From contig LCPL01000003.1 of assembly GCA_001003605.1 (NCBI GenBank), positions 1,811 to 65,810 on the forward strand: DNA of 64,000 nt, written 5' to 3'. The translations under genes and the position numbers were made by a program. This stretch comes from Parcubacteria group bacterium GW2011_GWC2_48_17 (GTDB lineage: Bacteria; Patescibacteriota; Minisyncoccia; Phycocordibacterales; UBA10002). Shown here in pieces: positions 36,341-46,517 of this stretch. The stretch's first letter is position 1. The number at the start of each line of letters is the position of its first letter. The notes below the pieces were generated by a model. The model ran no database searches. It had not been told where the DNA came from and saw only the letters and a program-made list of their open reading frames with translations.

Positions 36341-37240
36341 ATGAAAGTAAAAATACTGACACTGTCAGAAATCAAAGAAAAGTTCTATGTGCGCATTCAT
36401 TTGGACGAATCGCGGGTGCTCCACTTCGTGGATTTGAAGATGGCCCAAGAAGAACTCCCCCCGCTTCAGGTCGGGTTTCTCAATGGTTCTGACGAACCAA
36501 TCCTCATTGACGGTCGGCATCGCAAGGCCGCCGACGAGCGGCTTGGCACGACGGAATCTGAGTGCGAGATTAAGCACTATACGTGTAAGGCCGACATGAT
36601 TGTTGCGGCGCTCAAGGCCAATGTTGGAGGTTCACTTCCGCCGAGCCAGGAGGATATCACACACACCATGGAACTTCTTCTCGCGTCTGGTCTTCCGCGC
36701 AGGGAAATCATCCAGAAGGTTACGGAGCGAACTGGATTTCCGGCCACACTCGTTGCCAAGCACGTGCGGAATGTCCAAAACGGGCTCGCTCAAACCCGCC
36801 TTCGCAAGGCCGTCCACGCGGTGGCGAAGGGAGGAAAGACGATTGAGGAAGCCGCCCTGGAACATGATGTGAGCATTGAGAGGTTGAGGGCCGAACTCTT
36901 GAAAGGGAAACAGTTGGACGAGAACGAAGGAGTGACAAACCTTTCCCAGGCGAAAGCTTGGACCAATAAGAAGGTCGGTTCTCTTAATCACAGCCTGGGA
37001 CGACTCTACGCCAAAATCTCCCGCGACTTGGGCGATGGATTGCTGACCCCCAAGCAAGCCGAGGACATCATGGAATACATGGAGAAAATGGTTCAGAGGA
37101 TTGTTTCCAGCCATGATGACTGGAAATCGCGCATTCTTTCTCGCCACGAGATAAGGAAAGCCGTTTCGGAGAGGGAAAAGAAAGATCAAGGCGAAAAGGT
37201 GCGGCTTGGCCGACAGGCTTTGGAGCGGATGGGTCTCTAA
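36341..37240 (+). CDS. ParB/Srx-like nuclease-domain protein
   Basis: PILIDGRHRKAA is the ParB N-terminal GxxRxxA/DGxHR motif. The C-terminal half is helical. Confidence 0.6.
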   Translation: MKVKILTLSEIKEKFYVRIHLDESRVLHFVDLKMAQEELPPLQVGFLNGSDEPILIDGRHRKAADERLGTTESECEIKHYTCKADMIVAALKANVGGSLPPSQEDITHTMELLLASGLPRREIIQKVTERTGFPATLVAKHVRNVQNGLAQTRLRKAVHAVAKGGKTIEEAALEHDVSIERLRAELLKGKQLDENEGVTNLSQAKAWTNKKVGSLNHSLGRLYAKISRDLGDGLLTPKQAEDIMEYMEKMVQRIVSSHDDWKSRILSRHEIRKAVSEREKKDQGEKVRLGRQALERMGL

Positions 37241-37257
37241 CCAGAGAGGGGAAACTA

Positions 37258-37583
37258 TGAGCACCAAGAAACCTACGGCACAGGGGTCGGGAGAAAATCC
37301 AACACCTCAAAAGTTGACGGCGGAGCAGTTTGTTCTACTGGCAATTGAGAAGCTTGGCAAGGACGGCCGACCGACAATCCACACTGTCTATTCGGGTTTT
37401 AATTCCGCCTTCCGCGATTATTTCAAGGAAGAGGGGTTGGAGCCGATTGCGGAGGTGGAAAAACTTAAGGAGGCCGGAAAGATCGCTTTTCGTTTCGCCA
37501 GAGGCGGAGCGGTAATCGGCAAACCCGGTTCCATTCAGGCTAACGCCGAGGCCAGGGACGCCTTGAAGAAGATGGGTATTTGA
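37258..37583 (+). CDS. Hypothetical small protein (108 aa)
   Basis: Start at MSTKKPT. Followed by an intrinsic terminator. Confidence 0.45.
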
Positions 37584-37603
37584 TGAAATAAGTTGGCATT
37601 TAA

Positions 37604-37630
37604 GCCGAGCAAGGATGCTCGGCTTTTTCT
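37604..37630 (+). terminator. Rho-independent terminator
   Basis: gccgagca-agga-tgctcggc followed by tttttc. Confidence 0.8.
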
Positions 37631-37917
37631 TGAAAATCTAGACTTGACGGTTTTGACAACACCTGTATCATAGAACTATGCACCGATACACTGTAATTTC
37701 AAAGAAGGTGAAGAAGTTTTCAGTAGAGAAGGCATCTTTTTGCGCGCGTGAATAACACTTTCATTCACACGAAGACAGAAAAGACCGCCTTCTCGAAAGA
37801 GAAGGCGGTCTTCGTTTGCGGCTCAATTTCCTCCGAGAATTGTTCTTTGGGGAAAACGGAGCCTCTAACCGGAGGATGTCCACAAAGTACCAATTCAACA
37901 AAAAGAAAGGCAAGCAG

Positions 37918-38868
37918 ATGCATGTTAACAATGGAACAGCAAATGGTTGCGGCGCTTCACATACCATAACGCCCGGTCCGTTTCGATTTCACGGGACCTT
38001 TACGGCGCTTATCACGCCATTCACGAATTCGGGAGAGATAGACTCCGAAAGCTTCCAAAAGCAGATTGAGCGGCAAATCGTAGGAGGTGTGGATGGCATC
38101 GTGCCGTGCGGCACCACAGGAGAATCACCCACACTAAGTTTTGAGGAGCACATTCAAGTGATTGACCTTGCCGTTAAGTTTGCGGACGGTAGAGTCAGGG
38201 TGCTCGCGGGAACAGGCGGAAATTCCACGGATGAGGCAATTTATCTCACCGAAGAGGCCGAGAGAGTTGGCGCGGACGGGTCATTGCAGGTAACGCCGTA
38301 TTACAACAAACCGAGCCAAGCAGGACTCTTCGCGCATTTTTCGGCAATCGCGCGCAAAACGGCATTGCCGATAATCCTCTACAATGTTCCGAGCCGGTGC
38401 GGAGTTGATATTGCCGCCGATACCGTGTGCCGAATTATCCGGGAAAACAAAAATGTCGTTGGTATCAAGGTAGCCAACGGAAGCCTTAGCTATGTGCGGG
38501 AGCTGCGAGAAAGATGTGGTCCGTTCTTCACTATTCTTAGCGGCGATGACGCACTGACGCTGAAGTTTATCACGTCAGGCAAGGCAAACGGCATCGTGAG
38601 CGTCGTCTCCAACATATTCCCCGATACCGTTGCGACACTCGTGAGGAGAGCCCGAGCGGGCGACGTGGCAGGCGCCACACCCATTCACGAAGAACTTCTC
38701 CCACTTATTGAAGCCATCTTTTTGGAAGGGAACCCGGTCGGAGTCAAATCGGCGATGGAACAAATCGGTCTTGATGGCGGCGCGGTGCGTCTGCCGCTCG
38801 TCGAAGTTTGTTCCCAAACCGCGGCCGCTATTCGCAAGGCGCTCAACGGCGGGCTCATTCATGCGTGA
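37918..38868 (+). CDS. dapA: 4-hydroxy-tetrahydrodipicolinate synthase
   Basis: TALITPF...GTTGES...active-site region KVANGS and the overall DapA/NAL fold. Start chosen at MHVNNG. Confidence 0.8.
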   Translation: MHVNNGTANGCGASHTITPGPFRFHGTFTALITPFTNSGEIDSESFQKQIERQIVGGVDGIVPCGTTGESPTLSFEEHIQVIDLAVKFADGRVRVLAGTGGNSTDEAIYLTEEAERVGADGSLQVTPYYNKPSQAGLFAHFSAIARKTALPIILYNVPSRCGVDIAADTVCRIIRENKNVVGIKVANGSLSYVRELRERCGPFFTILSGDDALTLKFITSGKANGIVSVVSNIFPDTVATLVRRARAGDVAGATPIHEELLPLIEAIFLEGNPVGVKSAMEQIGLDGGAVRLPLVEVCSQTAAAIRKALNGGLIHA

Positions 38869-38897
38869 GCGCACTGAATGCGCCGCTGTTTCAAATG

Positions 38898-38930
38898 GCA
38901 GACCATAACCTTGGTCTGCCTTTTCTCTGA
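38898..38930 (+). terminator. Rho-independent terminator after dapA
   Basis: ggcagacc-ataacctt-ggtctgcc followed by ttttctctg. Confidence 0.75.
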
Positions 38931-38932
38931 GG

Positions 38933-38992
38933 GGCGAAGGCGACCTGTAGTCGTAGACTACGAAATACTGAGCTCAGCAGAGCGAATGTGCA
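38933..38992 (+). repeat. Third (partial, diverged) copy of the 84-bp IR element
   Basis: gcgaaggcgacctgtagtcgtagactacgaaatactgag is identical to the core of the 21109-21192 copy. It then diverges. Confidence 0.85.
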
Positions 38993-39052
38993 GGCCGAAT
39001 GTATTTTTGACGCAACCGTAAAATGGCGCTCAACAGAAAATTAAGAAAAAAC

Positions 39053-39124
39053 CACGAGTGCCAACTCGTGGTTTCTGAATCGTCGGGTGTTTTTATTGTG
39101 TCATCCCACACTTTTCAGAAAAAG
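39053..39124. terminator. Two consecutive hairpins between convergent dapA and sigma-factor genes
   Basis: ccacgagt-gcca-actcgtgg+tttctg, and tcccacactttt-cag-aaaagtgtggga (12-bp stem). Confidence 0.55.
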
Positions 39125-39234
39125 TGTGGGATTGCGGCACTACGAACGCCGCTCATGCGAATACCCTGCGCTCCTGCGCGGGGTGAGGTCGGGGCGACCC
39201 GTAGGTAAATGCTCTGCGGTGTCGCGCTTAAACT

Positions 39235-40305
39235 TTACGCACTGTCGGGCAAGTTGACGCCCCCGCCGAGCGTACCCTCAATGAGCGCCCGGCACTTACG
39301 GCTCCGGAGCTTATTAATTGCGCGCTCTTCAATCTGGCGAATCCATTCTCTGGTAACCTTAAACTGCTTGCCAATCTCCTCAAGGGTCCGCACCCGACCG
39401 CCACTAAGACCAAAGCGCCAGTCAAGCACCTCTCGCTCACGAGTCGTCAATTTCGCTTCTTGGAGCATAAGCAAAAGTCGCTCGCGCACGATGCCGTGGT
39501 CGGCTTCAAGCGACGGCGATTCCGCCTGCGTGTCGGCCGTAACTTCGGCAAAAGTGGCGCCATCGCCAAACTCCGAGAGAGGCGCTTGGAGCGACACGAA
39601 GCGTCCCATCGCTCCATTTTGCAAGCGTTTGACCCAGACAAGCGGAATACCGGATTCACGGCCGATTTCCTCATCGGTTGGCGCGCGTCCCAATGTGTCG
39701 GCCAGTCTATCCGCGGCTCGGTAGATTTTTCTACGCTGTTCTTGGACAAAAACCGGTACGCGAATCGGGTCTCTTTGGTTGGCAATGGCCCGAAAGATAT
39801 GCTGAGTGATCCACCATGCCGCATATGTGCCAAGCTTTGCTCCGACACGCCAATTAAACCTATCCACAGCGCGCATCAAACCAATATTGCCTTCGGAAAT
39901 CAGATCCGAAATCGGCACTCCCATGCCGTAGTAATGAAAAGCGATTGTAACTACAAGCTTCAGATTCCTTTCTATGAGAATCTGCCGGGCCGATTCATCA
40001 CCTTTTTCTCGCCTTTTAGCAAGCGCTACTACTTCTTCAGGCGTAAGGACCTTAAAAGGTCTTATGGAAGACAGATAAAAATCCAAACTGTCAGTAAACC
40101 TGTCGGCGGGCAGACCGTTTTCTGCGTCGCCGCTTACATTCTCCGTTTCCACAAGGCAAGCTGGAGCGCTGGCGAGAGAATCAACCCCACTGGTTGGATT
40201 TTTGGAGCGATGAGAAATTCCCGCAAGAGTGGCTACGTGTAACAGCGCTCTAAAAGGATGTCGAACTTTGGTTTCGCGTTTAGTCGTTTTTTTTCGCATT
40301 GGCAA
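39235..40305 (-). CDS. RNA polymerase sigma-70 family factor (RpoD-like)
   Basis: Region 2 IAFHYYGMGVPISDLISEGNIGLMRAVDRF and region 4 LEEIGKQFKVTREWIRQIEERAINKLR. Confidence 0.85.
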   Translation of the reverse strand: MPMRKKTTKRETKVRHPFRALLHVATLAGISHRSKNPTSGVDSLASAPACLVETENVSGDAENGLPADRFTDSLDFYLSSIRPFKVLTPEEVVALAKRREKGDESARQILIERNLKLVVTIAFHYYGMGVPISDLISEGNIGLMRAVDRFNWRVGAKLGTYAAWWITQHIFRAIANQRDPIRVPVFVQEQRRKIYRAADRLADTLGRAPTDEEIGRESGIPLVWVKRLQNGAMGRFVSLQAPLSEFGDGATFAEVTADTQAESPSLEADHGIVRERLLLMLQEAKLTTREREVLDWRFGLSGGRVRTLEEIGKQFKVTREWIRQIEERAINKLRSRKCRALIEGTLGGGVNLPDSA

Positions 40306-40494
40306 CCTCCTTCCTTTGTTGTTTCGAAGTTCGCATTTAGGCGAGCATATTCAAGTTGCTTCCGACAAGACAATAACACAATTGGTAAGACTGCGCTAGA
40401 GTTAAGTAAATTGGAGCTAGGCGCTTGACCGGACGCTCTGCCGTTTCTGAACGGCTTGTTAACAGAAAAAAGGTACTAAAAGAATATACTCATT

Positions 40495-40505
40495 TTCTGA
40501 TATAA
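40495..40505 (+). promoter_or_regulatory. Putative extended -10 element TGATATAAT upstream of the giant ORF
   Basis: Same 9-mer as upstream of ftsE. About 135-nt leader before the start codon. Confidence 0.35.
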
Positions 40506-40638
40506 TCTAAGTCAGGAGACAGAGCGGACTTTTCGCCGAAACTCGCCACGAGGCGCCAAAGGATGAAGAAAAATTAAGCTAATAATTATGTGAGTATAGT
40601 CGGGGATACCGAATTTCTTAACCAATCTCCTATTTTCT

Positions 40639-43600
40639 ATGCCAAATGAGAATCCAGAACAGAAAATATTTGCGGATAAAACACCACCGTCGGACGATCA
40701 TAGTCATGAAGTGATTGAAAGCGAAGCCGAAGAATTTGAAGCAGAAGAAACGGAAGAATTCCTCCAGGACCCACAGCTTCAATACCGGTTGCAGCTTAAG
40801 CAAGCGGTCACATCGGCTAGAAAAGTAATTGACGGCATTCAAGCGGGAAATCTCACAAAAGAACTTTCAAATAAAAAAGAAGAGCCAAAAAGCGAGTCCA
40901 AACCACTGCCGAATCTTGAGGAACTTGAAACTTCTCGTAGGAAAGAAAAGAAGACCCTTACTGGGACCGTGAAAGAAAAGTTTCGCTTTTTTTCGTTGGC
41001 GCGAGAGGGCGTGAAAAATCCAGAAGCGGTGGCTGTACTCATTGACCACCTAGAATTCAATTTCACTGAAACAGAGTATGGGAGGCGCGTCATTCCCAAG
41101 GAAGCAGTTGAAACAGAGAGAAAGAAATTAATAGCGGATGGTTGTAGTGTAGGAAGCGCCTATCCCAGCTATCCCGACCGCTCAAAAGTTGAGCTCAAGT
41201 TCAGTAGAAATGTGCCATATACGGTAAAGAAAAAAGAAGCGGCGGAATTGGAAAAGCTTCTTGGCGCAGAGAACGACCCACTGGCAACCATTGAACTCCT
41301 CAAACGGCTCGGTTTTAGCATTGACGGCCACACATTCAGACACCGCATGACTGAATTGCAGGAGTTTGTGTCAAAGCCGGGTATGAACGAAGCGCTTACT
41401 ACATTAAGCGCCTTGGGGCTCAAACTTCGGTCTCGTTACTTTGGACGCGAAAAAGATGCAGGCAAGCGAGTTGGCCATGAAGGAGTAACAGACATTGAAA
41501 CGATTATTGATGACAAAGAATTGATGAGTAAATTGACTTCCGGTGTTGGAGTGGCCATTAATACCTTCGTGCGAAAATATGAGCTGGAAGCAGAGCTAGA
41601 ACCGCGGACGATTAAACTTCTTGTGGACACGGTAACGACTCCGCGGGCCGAAGAATTTATTGAGCAAATTATGAGCGATGCCGACGGTCATATCCGTTAC
41701 CTGCACAATATCTTGCCTTTTGTGCAAGCGGTTAAAAATACTGGGTTTCTTGACAAAGCAATTAACTTGGGAAAGACGGTAAAACTTGGTGAGCTCACTG
41801 CTGTACAAGACGCGCAGACCTATCGTTCAAAAGATGCGACATGGGACGCGAATGCCGCCGCGGGTGCATTCCAGTTAGAACTTGAAAGCGGAGAAATGCT
41901 TTCTCTTACTGAACATCCTGAACAGTTCAAATTCGTACATGATGTAGCAGTTTTAATTGGACGTCCGCTTGGCAAAAAGGAGCGAGAGACGCTTCTTCGT
42001 CACGAAAATAAAAGAGATGAAATTCTCGTCATTTTTACATTGGCGCATCAACTCGGAGTTGAGTTTCCGTCTTATTCCTTTGAGGAAAGGTTGGAAGAAG
42101 TTGCGCAAAGTGGAGGATATGGAGAGCACATGAAACTTATTCTTGATGGAGATTTTGTCTCCTTTCTCACGCAGTTAAAAGAAAGGACCGGTCTACAATA
42201 TTCAATGCACGATTTACTGCCACGGTACCGGACTATTAAAGATTTAGTTGATTTGTCGCATGACCAGGAAAAGCGAACATTTGTACTGTCGCCGATTTGC
42301 TCGGAAATCGCCAAAAGTCTTGGCGGGTTTGACCTTGGACACATTGATAATTACTTTCAACTTTCTAAACACCCCGAGACGCTCCCACTTATCGCAAAAA
42401 CGAAGGAAATGTACGGATATGCTCCCGGCGAGAATCATCAGTGGGGTGAGGTGGAAGGGTTTAAAACATTACTTACCATGGAGGGAGCGGAACGACGCCT
42501 GGTCACCGAGACGGCACAAAAGCTTTACAGGCAATTACACAGTGAGTTTGACTGGTCATTTAAGCCGGACCAAGCAAAAGACTTTATAGAGTTGGCAGAG
42601 AACATGGCTCTACAAGAGAAGATATTTGAACCGGCTAATCTTGAGTTCATTAAAAGGACAAGCCGCGATTACAGCATTAAAGCCCTTGAACTGTATACGG
42701 CTCTACCGGAAAACATACGGTCTGTTGTAATAAAACTTAAGAATTCTTTTGACTATAACCTCCGTACTGCGTGGGGTGAGAGGAGTATAGATGACCTCCC
42801 AACATTGGAATATTTCGCTTCTAATCCAGATGTTTGTGATACGCTATTTGACGACAAAACAGTTCGTCTCGTCTCCGGTCTCAAAGATGCGGGGCTTCAC
42901 CTTACCGTAAACGAATATCCTGAATTATTGAAAGCTGAACTGGATGAAGCATTTCCGGGCTTTTTAAAGCAGTTTCAAATAAAAACCGGATTGTCAAATT
43001 TTCGCTTACATAATATTCCCATACTAAAAAAGTTTATGGAGCGAGGGGATGATTTCGCAAATGTTATCAAGGCGCTCCGCGAGTTTTACTACCCGTTTGA
43101 ATTAAGCGACTACGAATATCTGAAGGGTTTCCTCATATATTCACCTGAACAAATACGCGAAAAGTTGAATCTTGCTCGCGGTGTCATTCCCGACTTTCGA
43201 TTTCGCACAGAATACGCGGAAGCGCTCTTTTTTGCGATTACGCAGAACTATACGGAAACAGACTTTGAAATGTTTGCGGCGCTTCAAAACAAATACTCGG
43301 CTGGCCAATCACTTAATTTTCAGCTCATTAAAAACTATGCCGAGTTGAGAGAGCATGAGCCGGTTATCAATACGGCGCGAGAAACTCTAAAAAACGAATT
43401 CGGTTTTGGTTTGGACCAAATCGTTGACACCCACCAGCTCCGTCTTTTTGGACAGGAAAACATCGCGGAACTTATGCGACTGTATCATAGTGATCGCCCC
43501 ATGCAATTTGTGATTATGGAAAACATTGACCGCATTGCTGAAATAGCTCCCGAGAAAAGAGTTGAATTTGTAAGAATTATCCAGGAAATCAAGAATTCTC

Positions 43601-45744
43601 CCTCGCAGGAAATTAAACGTCTTGAGCGCGAGCTTATAGGAGAAGTGCTCCATACGCCGAACCCGTTAGCGGCGTACAAGAAAATTGAGGATATTTTCAT
43701 AAAAAACAACCTGCCGCCCGTCGGCAAGGTATTTAAGGTTTTTGAAACTCTGTATCCATCCAAGAGACTTGAGGCAAGCTTGGGAGATAAAACGTCTCCA
43801 GTGCTCAATCGCTTAAGTTCTCGGGGGCGCTACTTCACCATATACGGAGACCTTTTACGCACCCATGTACGATCAGGCAATAGGACGCTTCGGGACTACG
43901 TTGAGGTTTTTGAGGACGGAGAAGCGCTTATCAATAAGATAGATCAGGGAGGAGTAGCGGCGCTGTCGCAAGACGAACAAGAGCAGCTCGCTTACACTCT
44001 GGGGAAACTTGACACTCTGTTTCTTAATTCTATGCTCGGCAAGAAGAGTGGAACTGGAGAAATCACAACATCTAATCTTGAAGAAAAGCTCGTGGCATTG
44101 CGACAAAATCTGAAAGTGAAGGAAGGGCAGCGTCTTACGGACCGCATTGCGGAGATGTATGCAAGACCTGCCGGGTATCAATCATTTGCTGAATTGCTTG
44201 CCGACATGCGTGCCGCTAAAATTGGCGCTCACGAACGGGGACTTGAGCGCGCGAAAGCCGCGCGAGCGGGATTGTTAACCCTCCAAGAGGGGGATTTGCT
44301 GAAGGGAGTTAATGCAACATACATTGAAAATATCTTACAAAACGGCTCCGTGGCAAAAGAATACTTGGGCGCGTGGTCAAGCCGGGACGCGACTCCGCTT
44401 GATACCGATGTGAGCCGAGTAACAAAAGAAGACGCGGCGGGAACTTTCGAATCCGCCGTAAGACAATCTCTTGCGACCGGCTACGGTTCTCTACTATTTG
44501 CGGTAAAAAACAGAGGACAATTCGTGGTTACGGGAGAAACAGGCGAGAAAAACACGGAGGGAGTTGATAAAAAGAAACTTGAACTTTTTGAAACTGGCGG
44601 CGGACGGCACTTTGGCATACGGACTGGGTTTCCGACAACCGAGATTGATTTTATGATTGCGCAAGATAATTTGCTTGATGCTAGCGAAAAAGCCGAACTC
44701 GAGTCAATTTTTTTTGAGATTGCTCAAAATGGTTTTTATATTCCAATTGTTAATACGCGCGGTGAGTTGATATATACTCCGGAATTATACGACGAGTATC
44801 GCGGCTATTTCCGAGGGCTTGATCGTTTTGACGGCGAAACGCTTGATGTAGCGAGATTAGAAGAAACGTATCCATTGCGGGCGGCAGTAGAGGCGCTTAA
44901 AACCGAGCGTATCGCTGAAGGCCAAACACTAACCGATTTACTGGAAATGATACGCAGAAATGTAAAAAATACCCTAAAAACAGAAGGAATAAAACTCCGC
45001 TCGCCGTATGACCGCGGGATTTTAGGCGCCGACCTTGTTGAAACAGGTTCAATTGGCAGAAGAACAAATTTGCCCGGCGATTACGATTTTGATTTGGCGC
45101 TCAAGCTGGACGCCAAAGATTTTCCTAAAGCAGAAGAAATTGCCCGTAAGCTCAGAGGCGTCATGAAAATGACCGGCGACAATTCGCATATGGAATCAGG
45201 CGGGTATTACCAACTGCGCGCGGTGGGGGTTACCGAAATAGGCGGGGTGTCGCTCCCTGCGCCGGTGAATATTGATATCGGACTGGCAAGCCGTTCAGAA
45301 CGCATTGCGTTTGATACTCAAGAGGCGCTAGAAGAGCGGTTTGAGTGGGTGAATGAACACAAGGGGGAAGAAATGCTTGAAGAGTTGCGCGCCAATATCG
45401 TGCTCGCTAAGAAAGTTCTTAAAGCGGCGGAGGCCTACAAGAAGTTTGAGCATGGGGGCCTTGGCGGCGTTGGTGTTGAGAATTGGATTATTAGCAATAA
45501 AGGAAACATTATTGAGGCCTTTAAATCGTTCACTGAAGCGGCTCATGAAGATGAAGAACTGATTCCTTTGGGGCAATTTAAAAGAAAATATAAAGTTGTT
45601 GACCCGGGCTGGAATATAAAAAAGCAGAGACATGATAACTTTGTGCACAATCTTACCGAAGATGGTTATGCTCGAATGGTTGAAGTTATTGACACATATC
45701 TTGGCATAGAGAGAAAAGTGGTTGAGAAGAGTCCAAGCGCTTGA
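40639..45744 (+). CDS. Giant hypothetical protein (1701 aa) with a C-terminal Pol-beta-superfamily nucleotidyltransferase-like domain
   Basis: Single uninterrupted ORF. The C-terminus carries ETGSIGRRTNLPGDYDFDL (G[GS]x9-13DhDh) and a downstream VNIDIGL third-acidic strand. The remainder is helical with no recognised domain. Confidence 0.6.
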   Translation: MPNENPEQKIFADKTPPSDDHSHEVIESEAEEFEAEETEEFLQDPQLQYRLQLKQAVTSARKVIDGIQAGNLTKELSNKKEEPKSESKPLPNLEELETSRRKEKKTLTGTVKEKFRFFSLAREGVKNPEAVAVLIDHLEFNFTETEYGRRVIPKEAVETERKKLIADGCSVGSAYPSYPDRSKVELKFSRNVPYTVKKKEAAELEKLLGAENDPLATIELLKRLGFSIDGHTFRHRMTELQEFVSKPGMNEALTTLSALGLKLRSRYFGREKDAGKRVGHEGVTDIETIIDDKELMSKLTSGVGVAINTFVRKYELEAELEPRTIKLLVDTVTTPRAEEFIEQIMSDADGHIRYLHNILPFVQAVKNTGFLDKAINLGKTVKLGELTAVQDAQTYRSKDATWDANAAAGAFQLELESGEMLSLTEHPEQFKFVHDVAVLIGRPLGKKERETLLRHENKRDEILVIFTLAHQLGVEFPSYSFEERLEEVAQSGGYGEHMKLILDGDFVSFLTQLKERTGLQYSMHDLLPRYRTIKDLVDLSHDQEKRTFVLSPICSEIAKSLGGFDLGHIDNYFQLSKHPETLPLIAKTKEMYGYAPGENHQWGEVEGFKTLLTMEGAERRLVTETAQKLYRQLHSEFDWSFKPDQAKDFIELAENMALQEKIFEPANLEFIKRTSRDYSIKALELYTALPENIRSVVIKLKNSFDYNLRTAWGERSIDDLPTLEYFASNPDVCDTLFDDKTVRLVSGLKDAGLHLTVNEYPELLKAELDEAFPGFLKQFQIKTGLSNFRLHNIPILKKFMERGDDFANVIKALREFYYPFELSDYEYLKGFLIYSPEQIREKLNLARGVIPDFRFRTEYAEALFFAITQNYTETDFEMFAALQNKYSAGQSLNFQLIKNYAELREHEPVINTARETLKNEFGFGLDQIVDTHQLRLFGQENIAELMRLYHSDRPMQFVIMENIDRIAEIAPEKRVEFVRIIQEIKNSPSQEIKRLERELIGEVLHTPNPLAAYKKIEDIFIKNNLPPVGKVFKVFETLYPSKRLEASLGDKTSPVLNRLSSRGRYFTIYGDLLRTHVRSGNRTLRDYVEVFEDGEALINKIDQGGVAALSQDEQEQLAYTLGKLDTLFLNSMLGKKSGTGEITTSNLEEKLVALRQNLKVKEGQRLTDRIAEMYARPAGYQSFAELLADMRAAKIGAHERGLERAKAARAGLLTLQEGDLLKGVNATYIENILQNGSVAKEYLGAWSSRDATPLDTDVSRVTKEDAAGTFESAVRQSLATGYGSLLFAVKNRGQFVVTGETGEKNTEGVDKKKLELFETGGGRHFGIRTGFPTTEIDFMIAQDNLLDASEKAELESIFFEIAQNGFYIPIVNTRGELIYTPELYDEYRGYFRGLDRFDGETLDVARLEETYPLRAAVEALKTERIAEGQTLTDLLEMIRRNVKNTLKTEGIKLRSPYDRGILGADLVETGSIGRRTNLPGDYDFDLALKLDAKDFPKAEEIARKLRGVMKMTGDNSHMESGGYYQLRAVGVTEIGGVSLPAPVNIDIGLASRSERIAFDTQEALEERFEWVNEHKGEEMLEELRANIVLAKKVLKAAEAYKKFEHGGLGGVGVENWIISNKGNIIEAFKSFTEAAHEDEELIPLGQFKRKYKVVDPGWNIKKQRHDNFVHNLTEDGYARMVEVIDTYLGIERKVVEKSPSA

Positions 45745-45750
45745 CGAGGA

Positions 45751-45767
45751 ATACCCCCTGGGGGTAT
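45751..45767. promoter_or_regulatory. 17-bp perfect palindrome ATACCCCCTGGGGGTAT, putative CsoR operator
   Basis: GC-rich palindrome of the type bound by CsoR-family repressors. Lies 10 nt upstream of the csoR ATG and overlaps the stop region of the giant ORF. Confidence 0.6.
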
Positions 45768-45776
45768 ACTGCCTGC

Positions 45777-46049
45777 ATGAAAGGCGTTGTGGAACGAAAG
45801 CTCTTGCGGCGGCTCTCTATAATCGAGGGTCAGCTTCGCGGTATCAAGAAAATGGTAGAGGAAGAGCGATATTGCGTAGATGTCATCACGCAGACCGAAG
45901 CGGTCAAGAACGCGCTTTCGGGCGTTGAGAACGCGCTTTTGGAGAAGCATCTCTCAAAGCATGTGGTGGACCAAATGAAAAAAGGGCAGGAGACGAAAGC
46001 CATCGCGGAGATTCTGAAGATTTACAAGCTGGCACAGAGGAAGAAGTGA
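45777..46049 (+). CDS. csoR: CsoR/RcnR-family metal-sensing transcriptional repressor
   Basis: LRRLSIIEGQLRGIKKMVEEERYCVDVITQTEAV has the conserved Cys and His of the DUF156 family. Start placed after the operator palindrome. Confidence 0.75.
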   Translation: MKGVVERKLLRRLSIIEGQLRGIKKMVEEERYCVDVITQTEAVKNALSGVENALLEKHLSKHVVDQMKKGQETKAIAEILKIYKLAQRKK

Positions 46050-46200
46050 AAATACAAAGCACTATTGTGAAAAACACAAAACACAGTACCCAAAAGACCA
46101 AACAAACTTCACAAAACACAAAACACAAAACACAAAACACAAAGCACAAAAAGCCAAACAGGGAAATGAGTTTGTGCTTTAGACGGTTTTGAAAAAGGGG
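46050..46200 (+). repeat. CA-rich/GT-rich hairpin element containing an (ACACAAA)n heptamer microsatellite
   Basis: cacaaaacacaaaacacaaaacacaaaacacaaag ... ccaaacagggaaatgagtttgtgctttag. Confidence 0.8.
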
Positions 46201-46234
46201 GTCGAGTCTTTATCACTAATTACATTTCAACTTT

Positions 46235-46504
46235 ATGATGTATGGATATAGCTACGGCGGAGATTGGCTTTGGGGCCACACGTTTTTCGGCGGGTTCTTT
46301 ATGATTATCGTGTGGGTCGCGGTCATTTTCTTCGTCGTGTGGATTGTGCGAGAGCTCTCCGGCGGCAACCGAAGCGGACACGGAAACGGCAGTAGAACGG
46401 GCGGCGGAAAAACCGCGCTTGATATTCTGAAGGAGCGCTACGCGAAAGGCGAACTCTCGAAAGAGCAGTTCGAGGCGATGAAGAAAGAAATCACGCACCC
46501 GTGA
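46235..46504 (+). CDS. SHOCT-domain membrane protein
   Basis: N-terminal TM helix and a C-terminal ILKERYAKGELSKEQFEAMKKEI SHOCT motif. Confidence 0.6.
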   Translation: MMYGYSYGGDWLWGHTFFGGFFMIIVWVAVIFFVVWIVRELSGGNRSGHGNGSRTGGGKTALDILKERYAKGELSKEQFEAMKKEITHP

Positions 46505-46517
46505 TTACGTTTCTCAC

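Noticed and set aside
40639-45744. Giant ORF as an artefact of fused genes or sequencing error
   Set aside because: No in-frame stop over 5.1 kb. Codon usage and amino-acid composition are consistent throughout. Alternative frames are closed. Giant single-ORF proteins are typical of reduced-genome lineages.
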